Part shown: positions 1 through 8,626 of the stretch, one piece after another
Position numbering within the stretch: the first letter of the stretch is position 1
Layout of the letters: each line of letters begins with the position of its first letter
IMG/VR virus record: IMGVR_UViG_3300015261_000001
Location: 124,001-188,000 of that record
Length of the DNA stretch: 64,000 nt
Strand: one strand, 5' to 3'
Made by a program: the position numbers and the translations under genes
Notes under the pieces: generated by a model
Told to the model about the DNA's origin: nothing
Seen by the model: the letters and a program-made list of their open reading frames with translations, nothing else
Databases searched by the model: none

Positions 1-49
1 TTCGTCCATAACCAACAGGATCTGGCTACTGCGGCTTGAGGACTGAAAG

Positions 50-952
50 ATGACAACGAACAACACGAACTACCCTCACCGTACGGCTACCACGTTGCTT
101 CCAGCAACTGATGCCTTCGTTGAGGCGCTGGACCTCCAGGAACGGCCGGTCATTAACGCCGAACAAGGTGGTCAGTACGGTTGGGCAGGTAACGTTTTCG
201 AATACCTGACCGCGCAGCCGCATGTAAGCCAGCTTGGCTGGTGCATCATGTTGTCCTCGCCAGCCGCGTTCTCGCGGTTGCCGGGGGGCACCCAACTGCA
301 CTCCCTGTGCAAATCCTGGTTCGAGAACCGTTCGCAGAGCTTCGAAGGTCTGCGTAACTCGATCGAATTCAGCTTCGGCACCATGGAGTGGACTGGTCAC
401 GTGCTGTCCATCCCGACTGGCGCGACTCGTTCGCAAGGTCAAGTCAGCCACACCGGCTACGATGTTGAAGGTGAAGTCTTCACCAAGATGTTCGACATCT
501 GGGGCCGCTGGCTCATCATGGACCCGGAACTGCTCAACGCCAAGATGGTTATCTTGGACGATCCAGGTCCGATGCTGCTGGACGACCAATCGGCCGCTTG
601 CATCTACTTCGAACCGACGCGCAACATGCGGGACGTTGCTCACGCCGCGATCGTCGTGGGGATCATGCCACGTACCAACGTGCCGATCGAGATCAAGCGT
701 AACAAGGCCGACGAAAACCAGATCCGTCAGATTCAGATGGAGTTCACTGGTCTCGTCGAGTTCGACACCCTGGCGGTCAAGCAGATTGCTCGCCAGATGT
801 TGAAGCTGCTGCCGCTGTACAACCCTGACGCAGTTTCTGCGCCTGCTGGCTTCCAGAAGCGTTCTGCTGCTGTGGCTGGCGCGAAGTCGGGTACCGTGGA
901 ACGCATGACCGCTCAAAAGGCGACCGTGACGAACGCGAACTACATGGGCTAA
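50..952 (+). CDS. Tail tube protein (phiKZ gp30-like)
   Basis: 300-aa ORF; N-terminal HRT...LDL.ERPVINAEQGGQYGW and QPHVSQ segments match my recollection of phiKZ-family tube proteins; followed by a strong terminator. Confidence 0.75.
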   Translation: MTTNNTNYPHRTATTLLPATDAFVEALDLQERPVINAEQGGQYGWAGNVFEYLTAQPHVSQLGWCIMLSSPAAFSRLPGGTQLHSLCKSWFENRSQSFEGLRNSIEFSFGTMEWTGHVLSIPTGATRSQGQVSHTGYDVEGEVFTKMFDIWGRWLIMDPELLNAKMVILDDPGPMLLDDQSAACIYFEPTRNMRDVAHAAIVVGIMPRTNVPIEIKRNKADENQIRQIQMEFTGLVEFDTLAVKQIARQMLKLLPLYNPDAVSAPAGFQKRSAAVAGAKSGTVERMTAQKATVTNANYMG

Positions 953-975
953 TCACCCAAAGCAAAAGTAAGCCA

Positions 976-1005
976 CCTACCCCACCCCTTACGGGGTGGG
1001 GTAGG
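976..1005. terminator. Intrinsic terminator between convergent genes
   Basis: Perfect 13-bp stem CCTACCCCACCCC / GGGGTGGGGTAGG with a 4-nt loop (GUAA GNRA on the minus strand); A-run on the left and GGTTT on the right. Confidence 0.85.
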
Positions 1006-1018
1006 GGTTTATGCCGGT

Positions 1019-1423
1019 TTACGGTAATTTACAGAGTTTGCCATCGACACAGGATAAAGCATCATTCCCGTGGATCATGACTTCCCGGTAAATCTCCAAG
1101 TCCTTGGAGTGGGGGGTCTTGCCTGAGTAAGGTGGGTCGTTGCGTAGCAAGAATGCATCCACCTCCTCATCGCTATACGCCATGGGGAATACAATCTCCC
1201 ATCCGTCGACATGACGGGCAAACCAAGGAACCACGCAACTTGGCCTGCGGACAATCCGTACCTTCCCTGCGTACATACCCAATGTAAAGCTAAAAACACG
1301 ACCCTCGGGGACCTTAGTCAACGAATAGGAAATGCCCTTAGCTTCCCAATGACGCCGTAGCAGCATCAGTACGATCAACACGTAAAGAACCCAGACAAGC
1401 AAATTGGCTGCGATATCTTTCAT
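1019..1423 (-). CDS. Hypothetical protein with N-terminal transmembrane helix
   Basis: 134 aa; hydrophobic LLVWVLYVLIVLMLL followed by RR; GGAGA RBS upstream. Confidence 0.6.
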   Translation of the reverse strand: MKDIAANLLVWVLYVLIVLMLLRRHWEAKGISYSLTKVPEGRVFSFTLGMYAGKVRIVRRPSCVVPWFARHVDGWEIVFPMAYSDEEVDAFLLRNDPPYSGKTPHSKDLEIYREVMIHGNDALSCVDGKLCKLP

Positions 1424-1437
1424 GGTGATTGTCTCCT

Positions 1438-2109
1438 TTATGACGAATGACTTCCTAGCACTGATTTAATCTTCCGTTTAAAGAGAGAAATCTCAGAAGC
1501 GAAAACACCCTTGGCTGAATCCGAGATGGTCTCCCATAGATTACCAGTGGGTCCGTAGTAATCCATAAAGAGATTCTGGACTTCCTCCAAACTAGTACCC
1601 CGGTAATGACGCTCAAGAAACTCGTCATAGACTTTCTGGTAATTCTGATTAACCACATCAGTCAAGCGTTTGGTGTTGTGTACCACCAGTTGGAGGCGGG
1701 TGCGGAAAGAAGGACGCAAGCTTTGAGGATTCAGCGGTTTACACGACTGAGTAATAAAGCGTTGCTCTTCTTTACTGAACACCTGGTGTGCATGAAGCCT
1801 CAGGAACATCCATGCAACGCCCGGAGAGGCGTCGTAAGGATAAAGGCTGGTCAATGGATGGCCAGTCTCAAACAACGCTACAATCGCGTACACGAGGCTC
1901 TTGTCGTGCTCCGAGAATTGAGTTGCTTCATTGTTGATGAGCGCTTCGGCTACTTTCAGCGAGTCCCTCAAGTATTTGTGGTCATAGTCATCCTCATCGT
2001 TGCTCCTCATGTGTTGGATAACCACATTGATGAACCCTTCGCGGAAATACGGACTCAGGATTTCGTGGATCTCGCGGCACAGTGTCATATCCCTTAAAGT
2101 GTTTTCCAT
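1438..2109 (-). CDS. Hypothetical protein, possibly a degenerate HD-domain fold
   Basis: Likely start MENTLR at 2109 (223 aa). The pattern ND..Y.H.....L.VA..L.....AIVALFETG resembles HD phosphohydrolases, but the HD dyad reads FE. Confidence 0.45.
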   Translation of the reverse strand: MENTLRDMTLCREIHEILSPYFREGFINVVIQHMRSNDEDDYDHKYLRDSLKVAEALINNEATQFSEHDKSLVYAIVALFETGHPLTSLYPYDASPGVAWMFLRLHAHQVFSKEEQRFITQSCKPLNPQSLRPSFRTRLQLVVHNTKRLTDVVNQNYQKVYDEFLERHYRGTSLEEVQNLFMDYYGPTGNLWETISDSAKGVFASEISLFKRKIKSVLGSHSS

Positions 2110-2143
2110 TGGCTTTGACCCAAAAAAATAATGGTAAGTGGTC

Positions 2144-2161
2144 GGGGGTGATAACACCCCC
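2144..2161 (-). terminator. Putative intrinsic terminator
   Basis: GGGGGTG-TTAT-CACCCCC hairpin followed (after ~12 nt) by a T-run on the minus strand, directly after the stop at 2168. Confidence 0.55.
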
Positions 2162-2167
2162 TAACCA

Positions 2168-2602
2168 TCAGTCGACGATGGTGAAATTATCAAACAGTCC
2201 TTTCGCAGAGAAATCCACGTGGAACGATTTGGTTTCACAATCCCCATAAGCTGCCTGTTTACCATTTTGCATCTCTTGAACATACCCGTTGATCTCAGTC
2301 CCGCGTTCACGCGAACCCAGTACGTAATACGTCTCGGCCGTGTCAACATAGATCTCGGTAATGGCAGTATTCACGGCAGCGTGGATCTCAGAACTCGCTC
2401 CCATGTTGTTGCCGCTCTTGGTAACCACTAAAGGCTGTTTATTGGGTTCAGTTTTGGTCATGGTCCAAGTATCGGACTTAGCCTCTCTTTCGAGCTTCAC
2501 TTCCGTCCCGCTTTTCAGCGAACATTGAAAGATCAGATCGTCTGCCTGAGCTGGTACAGCAAACATCACCAGCAAAGGAAGTACAACCAACAACTTCTTC
2601 AT
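2168..2602 (-). CDS. Secreted/periplasmic protein with Sec signal peptide
   Basis: MKKLLVVLPLLVMFAVPAQA|DD signal with an A-x-A cleavage site; two Cys in the mature domain; GGAGG RBS. Confidence 0.7.
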   Translation of the reverse strand: MKKLLVVLPLLVMFAVPAQADDLIFQCSLKSGTEVKLEREAKSDTWTMTKTEPNKQPLVVTKSGNNMGASSEIHAAVNTAITEIYVDTAETYYVLGSRERGTEINGYVQEMQNGKQAAYGDCETKSFHVDFSAKGLFDNFTIVD

Positions 2603-2720
2603 GCAACCTCCAAATGAGGATTAGAGTTCACTTGACTTCGTATATAGAAACCTCGAAATCAAGCAGCCGCGGTATTGCCCCAGCCAAACAGTTTATTCAA
2701 CAGACCGTTCGACTGGGTTG

Positions 2721-3200
2721 TTACTTTGGGCTTTCAACTACCTCCTGAACGCGAGGTTGGTTGGTTGGGTGCGAACGGCGATCCATCCGGCCGTACAGGT
2801 TCTGCAAAGAAACACCGATGTTTTGATCGATATCAAAGTCGGTGACTACCAAGCTGAACCGTGCGATCGAAAGGAAGCTGCCACCCAGCAAGAAGTCCAG
2901 AGCAGCGTTCGCGTTGTAAACCAGCGAGAACGATTGGGCTTTGCTGTTAGGAGCGTGACGTTCGTAAACCACCACGGTATCCAAACCAGTGCCGACCATG
3001 ATCAGTCGACGACCGCTTTCAGGATCACGCGATTTAACAACCTTACCAACAGCCAGTTTGTAATTTACAGCGCCATCGTAGTTGTCGCCATTGCCACCGC
3101 GCCAGTAGTCCTGGAAAGCCACGGACTCCTGGATACGGCCCAGAACGTTTTCAAAACGTTTAGCGAGTTCAAGACTTTCATCCAAAACTTTCAGGCTCAT
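2721..3200 (-). CDS. Hypothetical phage protein
   Basis: 159-aa ORF with GGAGA RBS, 45 nt downstream of the promoter-like motif at 3245-3254. Confidence 0.65.
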   Translation of the reverse strand: MSLKVLDESLELAKRFENVLGRIQESVAFQDYWRGGNGDNYDGAVNYKLAVGKVVKSRDPESGRRLIMVGTGLDTVVVYERHAPNSKAQSFSLVYNANAALDFLLGGSFLSIARFSLVVTDFDIDQNIGVSLQNLYGRMDRRSHPTNQPRVQEVVESPK

Positions 3201-3244
3201 GATGTATCTCCTTATAAAGAAATATTAGTAACTAATACACCATG

Positions 3245-3254
3245 GTAATATAGG
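3245..3254 (-). promoter_or_regulatory. Putative phage early promoter (CCTATATTAC)
   Basis: Intergenic exact copy of the motif also at 32755 and 58219; contains TATATTAC, the phiKZ early-promoter consensus as I recall it. Confidence 0.6.
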
Positions 3255-3326
3255 CCTGAGACCTTCTAAAAGTTAAAATAAAAACAACTACCCAGTACGC
3301 ACCTTACGGTGCGTACTGGGCGTGTT

Positions 3327-4043
3327 TCATGGCTGGGTAACACTATGATCTTTGATGCCGTTGTTAACGACTCGACCCGGAACAATGTTGTTAAAAACGC
3401 TTTCCCCTTTGTGCAGTTTGGACAAACGCCGCAGTTGGGGAAGCATTCGAACAAATACTTCTTCTGGTGGTTGTGTGGCATCGATGACTTCATAACGATC
3501 TACGTCACTAGCCGCCAACTCCAGATATTTCTGACGCATCTTTTCTTGCATCTCAGCGCCGGCCCGATCGAATTGATCGTTATCCTTCTCCCAGCCCGAG
3601 ATACGAGTCATGGCAACTTCAGCAGGAGCATCCAGCAGGAAGGTCATGTGCGGGTAACGATCAATTACCAGTTCATGGAGGTCCACCAGCTTGTGCATCT
3701 CTACACCGTTATAAATGTTCTGGTATGTGAAGGTGGAATCACAGAAGCGGTCACACAGAACAATCTTGCCGGCATCCAAAGCAGGCTGGATAACCTTACT
3801 CATGTGGTCGGCACGCGCTGCGTTAAACAGCAAGGCTACCCCCATTGGGTCAAACGGACGATCGTCCATCGGGAACCCTTTACGCACCAGCTCACGCAAA
3901 TGCTCGGCGGCCGGAGTACCACCCGGTTCACGAGTCAGTACTACTTCAAAACCCTGACCGCGGAACAGGTCAGTCATCTTTTCCTTGACGGTGGACTTGC
4001 CTACACCACCGATACCTTCAATAACAATCAGTAAACCTTTCAT
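3327..4043 (-). CDS. tmk: Thymidylate kinase (dTMP kinase)
   Basis: P-loop IVIEGIGGVGKST, TREPGGT, LLFNAARADH and LCDRFCDST motifs. Confidence 0.95.
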   Translation of the reverse strand: MKGLLIVIEGIGGVGKSTVKEKMTDLFRGQGFEVVLTREPGGTPAAEHLRELVRKGFPMDDRPFDPMGVALLFNAARADHMSKVIQPALDAGKIVLCDRFCDSTFTYQNIYNGVEMHKLVDLHELVIDRYPHMTFLLDAPAEVAMTRISGWEKDNDQFDRAGAEMQEKMRQKYLELAASDVDRYEVIDATQPPEEVFVRMLPQLRRLSKLHKGESVFNNIVPGRVVNNGIKDHSVTQP

Positions 4044-4064
4044 TAGTCGCAGACTTCCGTATGG

Positions 4065-4250
4065 TTAGTCGGGTTTGATGTCGAATTCGAAATGCCGAGG
4101 CTTTTCGTTTTGCTTCAAGATACCGGCTGAACCTTCGGGGCGATTGAAATCGTAAGGTCTGCGCTCCGGTGGAACATGGTCATAAATGCGTGTCCCCAGT
4201 TTTTCAAGTGTCTTTGGATCAATCTTCATTTCTTCTTGGGTGTTCTTCAT
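4065..4250 (-). CDS. Small hypothetical protein
   Basis: 61-aa ORF with GGATGGAG RBS, co-oriented within the cluster. Confidence 0.5.
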   Translation of the reverse strand: MKNTQEEMKIDPKTLEKLGTRIYDHVPPERRPYDFNRPEGSAGILKQNEKPRHFEFDIKPD

Positions 4251-4295
4251 GACTCCATCCTCAAGTTAGTTAAACCGTAGGATGGAGTAATGTTG

Positions 4296-4739
4296 TCAGG
4301 TCCGCGGTGCTAGCTTCATTCCGCGATTACCTTGTTTGTTCTTCTGAGCCTGAGCGACAGGTGTGGTGCTGTAAAGCTGCTCGTACGTCATACGAGTATC
4401 AGCACAACACGCTTGATCACGTTTAACCATGGCGGCATGAATAGTGCCGCGCATATCCGCAATGATCCGGTCTTCGGAAACATAATGGTCGCCAGCGCGA
4501 AAAGAATCTTTGAACGGATGAAGAATCAAGTAGGCGCCGTCGTTGGATAATTCCGCCACAGGTTGAGGTGAGTTCGAGAATAGGTAGAAACGAACCCGGT
4601 AAGGGGCTACGTCATACACTACTGTCGTTAATTCATTCACGCCAGTGGCGAACACGGTAGTGATCGGATAAGAGCGGATAACGTCCATCAGCTCTTTGTA
4701 AAGAGCTTCTAACTCTGGAGAACTGTTTTTCGTGCGCAT
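4296..4739 (-). CDS. Hypothetical protein
   Basis: Likely start MRTKN at 4739 (AAGGA RBS), immediately after the ligase stop; 147 aa. Confidence 0.6.
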   Translation of the reverse strand: MRTKNSSPELEALYKELMDVIRSYPITTVFATGVNELTTVVYDVAPYRVRFYLFSNSPQPVAELSNDGAYLILHPFKDSFRAGDHYVSEDRIIADMRGTIHAAMVKRDQACCADTRMTYEQLYSTTPVAQAQKNKQGNRGMKLAPRT

Positions 4740-4746
4740 GTTGTCC

Positions 4747-6084
4747 TTAACCTTCAATCAGTACATGAGGAATGAAACGCTCATTACGGACACCCAGCAC
4801 CGGCGAGTCAAACTCACGAATGCACAACGTGGACGCCGTGGCTTGTTTAATGGAGTTGTAATCAGTAGCTTGGTCAGGAACCATGAACATACCGATAATA
4901 AAGTTGTGACGACCCTCTACTTGATATGGAGGGGTGTAAGCCTGGTACACTTTGTCATCGTTGTAAGGACCATCAGTGCTGAACTGCACCGAGCCATCGG
5001 AGTTGTAGATATCCACGTTGGTGGACATACGACCGACCTTTGGTTTCGAAACGTACTGCTCGCCGCGGGCTTGGAAAATATCCGCACCATCAACATAGGT
5101 TTCGATGGTTGGCAGGTGACCGTACTTGTTAGCAAACACCGAGTCGGTCTGCATCAGGTTGGTAACATACGCCCAGATACCTTTGTTGGAAACAAACCAG
5201 CGCCACGCCGGTTCCAGCATGGTGGTGTAACCAGCCCAGTTCTGCCACTCTTTGTAAGCTTGCGGGAATGTGTCGACCATCTCTTCCCACGGCACCAGCG
5301 CAAAGATCACCGACAGATGATCATCGCCAACAACAAACGGGTTAGTCTTGTTGTTGAAGTCGTACTCGATGTCGTGAACATCGGCAAATAGACAGGTGTT
5401 ATGTTCACCCATGACCTGTGCGATGACTTCACAAGTAGCGGTGTCTTCGAAGCACTTGCTCTCGTGAATAACCGCCGCCGTCCCAGGAATCTCACCCATT
5501 TCTTCAAACAGTGCTTGCAGATTTGGGTAGAAGCTGTTCAGTTGCATTTCGTGTTCGCCGGTAATCGCTTTGCACACAGCGTTCTGCACAGCTACCGATT
5601 CAAACAGCATGGTCGGTGTGTCACCGTTGAATTCGTAAATACCGGTAACAGACTCAGTCACCGGATCGAAAGCGGCGTCAAAGCGGCCGTAGATCGCCTG
5701 ACGGGCACTTCCCATGTCACGGTAGGTGAACTTGGCGTAATCAATGAAGTATGGATGCTTACGCAGGAAATCACAACCCATGTAACGCATGATGGCGTCG
5801 TTGGACAGGTTGAACAGACGACCCACGGCTTCAACCAACATGGCGTAGGCTTCTTCGAAGACCGTTTCGATCTGCGCGCAGGAACTCAAATGCAGGTTGT
5901 ACACCGGCATGTTGGCGCTGTGTTCCAGAGGGAAAGCGAAGTATTCCTTCACGTCCTCAAAGAACTCGCCGTCGGCTTGCGATTCAGGCTTTGGCATCTC
6001 GCGGTAAAACGCTTGAGTCCAAGGCAGTTCCTCGATCATCAGTTTATTCAGATCGAAGTTGATGTTGTGGTAAGTGCAATGCAT
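4747..6084 (-). CDS. Glutathionylspermidine synthase-family ATP-grasp ligase (YgiC/YjfC-like, no amidase domain)
   Basis: Motifs IYGRFD, YEFNGDTPTMLFES, FALVPWEEM, LEPAWRWFVSNKG, YVSKPKVGR, VYQAY, CIRE and RFIPH occur in the order of the Gsp-synthase C-terminal family. Confidence 0.9.
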   Translation of the reverse strand: MHCTYHNINFDLNKLMIEELPWTQAFYREMPKPESQADGEFFEDVKEYFAFPLEHSANMPVYNLHLSSCAQIETVFEEAYAMLVEAVGRLFNLSNDAIMRYMGCDFLRKHPYFIDYAKFTYRDMGSARQAIYGRFDAAFDPVTESVTGIYEFNGDTPTMLFESVAVQNAVCKAITGEHEMQLNSFYPNLQALFEEMGEIPGTAAVIHESKCFEDTATCEVIAQVMGEHNTCLFADVHDIEYDFNNKTNPFVVGDDHLSVIFALVPWEEMVDTFPQAYKEWQNWAGYTTMLEPAWRWFVSNKGIWAYVTNLMQTDSVFANKYGHLPTIETYVDGADIFQARGEQYVSKPKVGRMSTNVDIYNSDGSVQFSTDGPYNDDKVYQAYTPPYQVEGRHNFIIGMFMVPDQATDYNSIKQATASTLCIREFDSPVLGVRNERFIPHVLIEG

Positions 6085-6117
6085 GGAAAATTTCCTTATA
6101 AATGAAAGGGTTACGTA

Positions 6118-6786
6118 TTAGCCGCCTGAACTGCTGCTACCGTGGGAAGACGCACGGGAACTGCTGGAGCTGGCCATGACTGCCTTTGCACGCGAGGCAG
6201 CGGCTGCCTGATAAGTAGCCGGTGCGCTAGTAGGGGAAGAGCGCCACTGAGAAACACGGCTGGTCATGTTGGAACGATAGTTCGGCGAGGAAGTCACGGC
6301 CGAACGGTTGTTGTTCATCAGCATGGAAGTGTACGCAGCGCTGCCAGTGTTGCGGCGTTTGCGGCGTTCTTCTTCGTCATACTGTTGGGTCATCAGTGGA
6401 CGGTTGTTCTGTTGGTATTGTTGGTAGCCGCCGTTGCCGTTCATCATCTTGGCCAGAGCATAGCCACCGAGCGCGGCGGCACCGACACCAGCAACCATCG
6501 GCCATACGGAATCGCTGTTCTGACCACTGGCTTCTTCACGAACGACGTGCATTTCTTTCTGACCGTTGGAGCCGACGGTGTAGTACACGTCTTTAACAGA
6601 TGGGTCTTTGCTTTGCAGTTCACGCAGCGCAGCTTGCTGATCTTTCTCGTCTTCCGCCAGTTGTTGCCGAGTAGCTTGACCAGCCTGTTCGTTGATATAC
6701 GCTTGTTCTTCTTCGTAGTCAGGCTGATCGTCACAGCCGGTCAAGAGAACCATAGCAGAAGCCAGAACTACCATACTCTTTTTCAT
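6118..6786 (-). CDS. Lipoprotein, YgiB/YjfM (DUF1190)-like, ending in Gly-Gly
   Basis: Lipobox MKKSMVVLASAMVLLTG|C; central WPMVAGVGAAALGGYALAKMM hydrophobic/Gly segment; Ser/Arg-rich tail ending SSSSGG; directly upstream of the YgiC-like gene as in bacterial ygiBC. Confidence 0.75.
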   Translation of the reverse strand: MKKSMVVLASAMVLLTGCDDQPDYEEEQAYINEQAGQATRQQLAEDEKDQQAALRELQSKDPSVKDVYYTVGSNGQKEMHVVREEASGQNSDSVWPMVAGVGAAALGGYALAKMMNGNGGYQQYQQNNRPLMTQQYDEEERRKRRNTGSAAYTSMLMNNNRSAVTSSPNYRSNMTSRVSQWRSSPTSAPATYQAAAASRAKAVMASSSSSRASSHGSSSSGG

Positions 6787-6835
6787 TTAGTCTCATTCCT
6801 AACGGTAGGGAAATATCAAGTTGCGCAATAAAGGC

Positions 6836-6853
6836 AGCGGGCCGAAACCCGCT
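6836..6853 (-). terminator. Putative terminator hairpin
   Basis: Minus strand AGCGGGT-TTCG-GCCCGCT (UUCG loop) followed by GCCTTTATT, just after the NUDIX stop. Confidence 0.55.
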
Positions 6854-6863
6854 ACCCAAGGAT

Positions 6864-7682
6864 TTACAGCCCTGCGACTGCTTTGATGGTGCCAACAACT
6901 TCAGCGATGTTCTGAATGATCATTGTCGACCATGGCTCGAAGAACGCGCCTTCAGAGATCGACTGAACGCCATTCACGTGATCCAGCAGCTGCACCGCGC
7001 TGGCCCAGCCGATTGCCGTGTTGTGTTCTTCCTTCATTTCGAACGTGGTGTCCGAATAAGGAATGTAGGAAGCGAAGATCGCGCCGAAGTGGATGTTGCC
7101 GACGAACTTCGGATCAGGCTTGCTGTCCATCACAAACCCGATCGGGTAAGCGTTGTCAGTAGCCACTTGCTCCAGCGCTTGGCGTACTTTGCCGTTGTGC
7201 TCGTCGCTGTAGGCTTGGGAGGTCAGTTCTACTTCTTCACCGAACTCACGGCCCAGATTGTGGTACAGGGTTTCGGTCAAGCAGATGATTTCCGTTTCCA
7301 GTGGATCACGGTCCTCATCAACAGTGAAATAGTTCTTCACGTCAAAGTTGGTTACGTGGCCGGCCGGAGCCAACGACAACTTCATGGTCAATTGGCCTTC
7401 GTTGTTCAGCTTGTTGCGCTGATAGACCAGGAACAGAACGGTGCCGTCGGGCGCAAACTTGTAGGGCAGGTTGTACGCGATCGCTTGGCGCAACAGGTTC
7501 AGCTTCTGGTTCAGAGAACGAACCGAACCCATCATACCGCCGTCCAGCTTCTTCAGGAAAGCCTTGGCGGTGCTAGGGTCCATGATAGTCGCTGCGTTGT
7601 CCTTGATGTGTTCAGCCATGTAACCGGCGTGCACGCCGTAAGTGAACTCAGCGTTTTCTTCGAACTTTTCTTGAATAGACAT
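6864..7682 (-). CDS. NUDIX-family hydrolase (COG4112/YmaB-like predicted phosphoesterase)
   Basis: Likely start MSIQEK at 7682 (AAAGGA RBS; 272 aa). YQR...E..L..K.SL...GH, REFGEEV, GFVMD...VGNIHFGAIF and EPWS motifs. Confidence 0.75.
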   Translation of the reverse strand: MSIQEKFEENAEFTYGVHAGYMAEHIKDNAATIMDPSTAKAFLKKLDGGMMGSVRSLNQKLNLLRQAIAYNLPYKFAPDGTVLFLVYQRNKLNNEGQLTMKLSLAPAGHVTNFDVKNYFTVDEDRDPLETEIICLTETLYHNLGREFGEEVELTSQAYSDEHNGKVRQALEQVATDNAYPIGFVMDSKPDPKFVGNIHFGAIFASYIPYSDTTFEMKEEHNTAIGWASAVQLLDHVNGVQSISEGAFFEPWSTMIIQNIAEVVGTIKAVAGL

Positions 7683-7692
7683 GAGTCGTCCT

Positions 7693-7992
7693 TTAGTGCT
7701 TGGTTTGAGTGGCGGTTGCCAAAGAGATGCGAGTTGCAATAGCATCGCCAATCAACAGCATGGCTTTCTCTGCATCCTTGCGACCGAAGATTTCAGGTTG
7801 TTTCAAACGCAGTTCAATACCGGTCTTGGTACGGACAACCGACGCCAATACAGAGTCCAGCTTGTCTTGCCGGGCAATGTTGAATTGACGGGACGAAATG
7901 CGCTTACCCACCTTCTTCGGGAAATAGACGAGAATGACCGGGGTATTCGGGTCAGACTGTAACGCCATTTCAATTTCAATGTTTTGGTCCAT
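7693..7992 (-). CDS. Hypothetical protein
   Basis: 99-aa ORF tightly co-oriented with the NUDIX gene. Confidence 0.6.
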   Translation of the reverse strand: MDQNIEIEMALQSDPNTPVILVYFPKKVGKRISSRQFNIARQDKLDSVLASVVRTKTGIELRLKQPEIFGRKDAEKAMLLIGDAIATRISLATATQTKH

Positions 7993-8026
7993 GAGTAGCC
8001 TAAGGCAAAAAAGAAAATGCGGAATA

Positions 8027-8060
8027 AAAGGACAGTCAGGTATTACCCCAACTGTCCTTT
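8027..8060 (-). terminator. Putative terminator
   Basis: AAAGGACAGT ... ACTGTCCTTT 10-bp stem with TTTTCTTTTTTGC downstream on the minus strand. Confidence 0.6.
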
Positions 8061-8080
8061 CTCATTTGACCGGGCTTGGA

Positions 8081-8521
8081 TTAACCGAAGAGCTTGGCCG
8101 CGAGTTCCTGGCTGGAAGTACGCTGAGTTTGCAGCCATTCGGCCGCTTCTGGCGAGTGAACGTAGTCGACGGCGGTGGTAGTTTGACCGTACAGGAATTC
8201 TTCGCCGACTTGTTGCTTGAGGTGGTGCTGGGTGTTGATGCTGAGGGACCCCAGGTTCAGGGTACCGTCGACGGTGGTGAGCTTGTTGTTTTCTTCGAAC
8301 TGCTGGCGAGCAACTTGCGCGTTGGCAACTTCGACTTGCGACGACAGGTTGTTGATGAAGTTGACGTGGGCGCCGAGGGAGTCAGGAGTGACGCCTTCCG
8401 GGTATTGCAGTTCGTCGGCATTGAACACGACGTGAGCGGTCGCCTTGTTGAATTCGGCACCCTTAACCAGGCTATCTACACCAGCTTGCATTTCTTCGCC
8501 GAAATCGTTATTTACAGACAT
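8081..8521 (-). CDS. Hypothetical protein, probably a conserved jumbo-phage gene
   Basis: 146 aa; strongly biased C-ending codons; GAGG RBS; has its own promoter-like motif, structured leader and terminator. Confidence 0.75.
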   Translation of the reverse strand: MSVNNDFGEEMQAGVDSLVKGAEFNKATAHVVFNADELQYPEGVTPDSLGAHVNFINNLSSQVEVANAQVARQQFEENNKLTTVDGTLNLGSLSINTQHHLKQQVGEEFLYGQTTTAVDYVHSPEAAEWLQTQRTSSQELAAKLFG

Positions 8522-8550
8522 GTTGACCTCTTCGTTCTAAAAAGTAATAA

Positions 8551-8623
8551 GGTGACCAGTTAATCAGGCAAGCAAGGCGAGTTTGTTACTCACCTCGTCA
8601 GGTTGTTCCTGATGTTGGTCACC
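8551..8623 (-). other. Structured 5' leader / candidate cis-regulatory RNA
   Basis: Nested complementarity: 8551-8558 with 8616-8623, 8563-8568 with 8608-8613, and 8575-8582 with 8588-8595 (the last has a U.G pair only on the minus strand). Confidence 0.45.
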
Positions 8624-8626
8624 CTA

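Noticed and set aside
26-916. 296-aa minus-strand ORF
   Set aside because: Antisense to the tail tube gene, whose codon usage and terminator support the + strand.
2636-2650. CTATATACG variant as a fifth early promoter
   Set aside because: Lacks the TTAC end and the shared flank; too degenerate to call.
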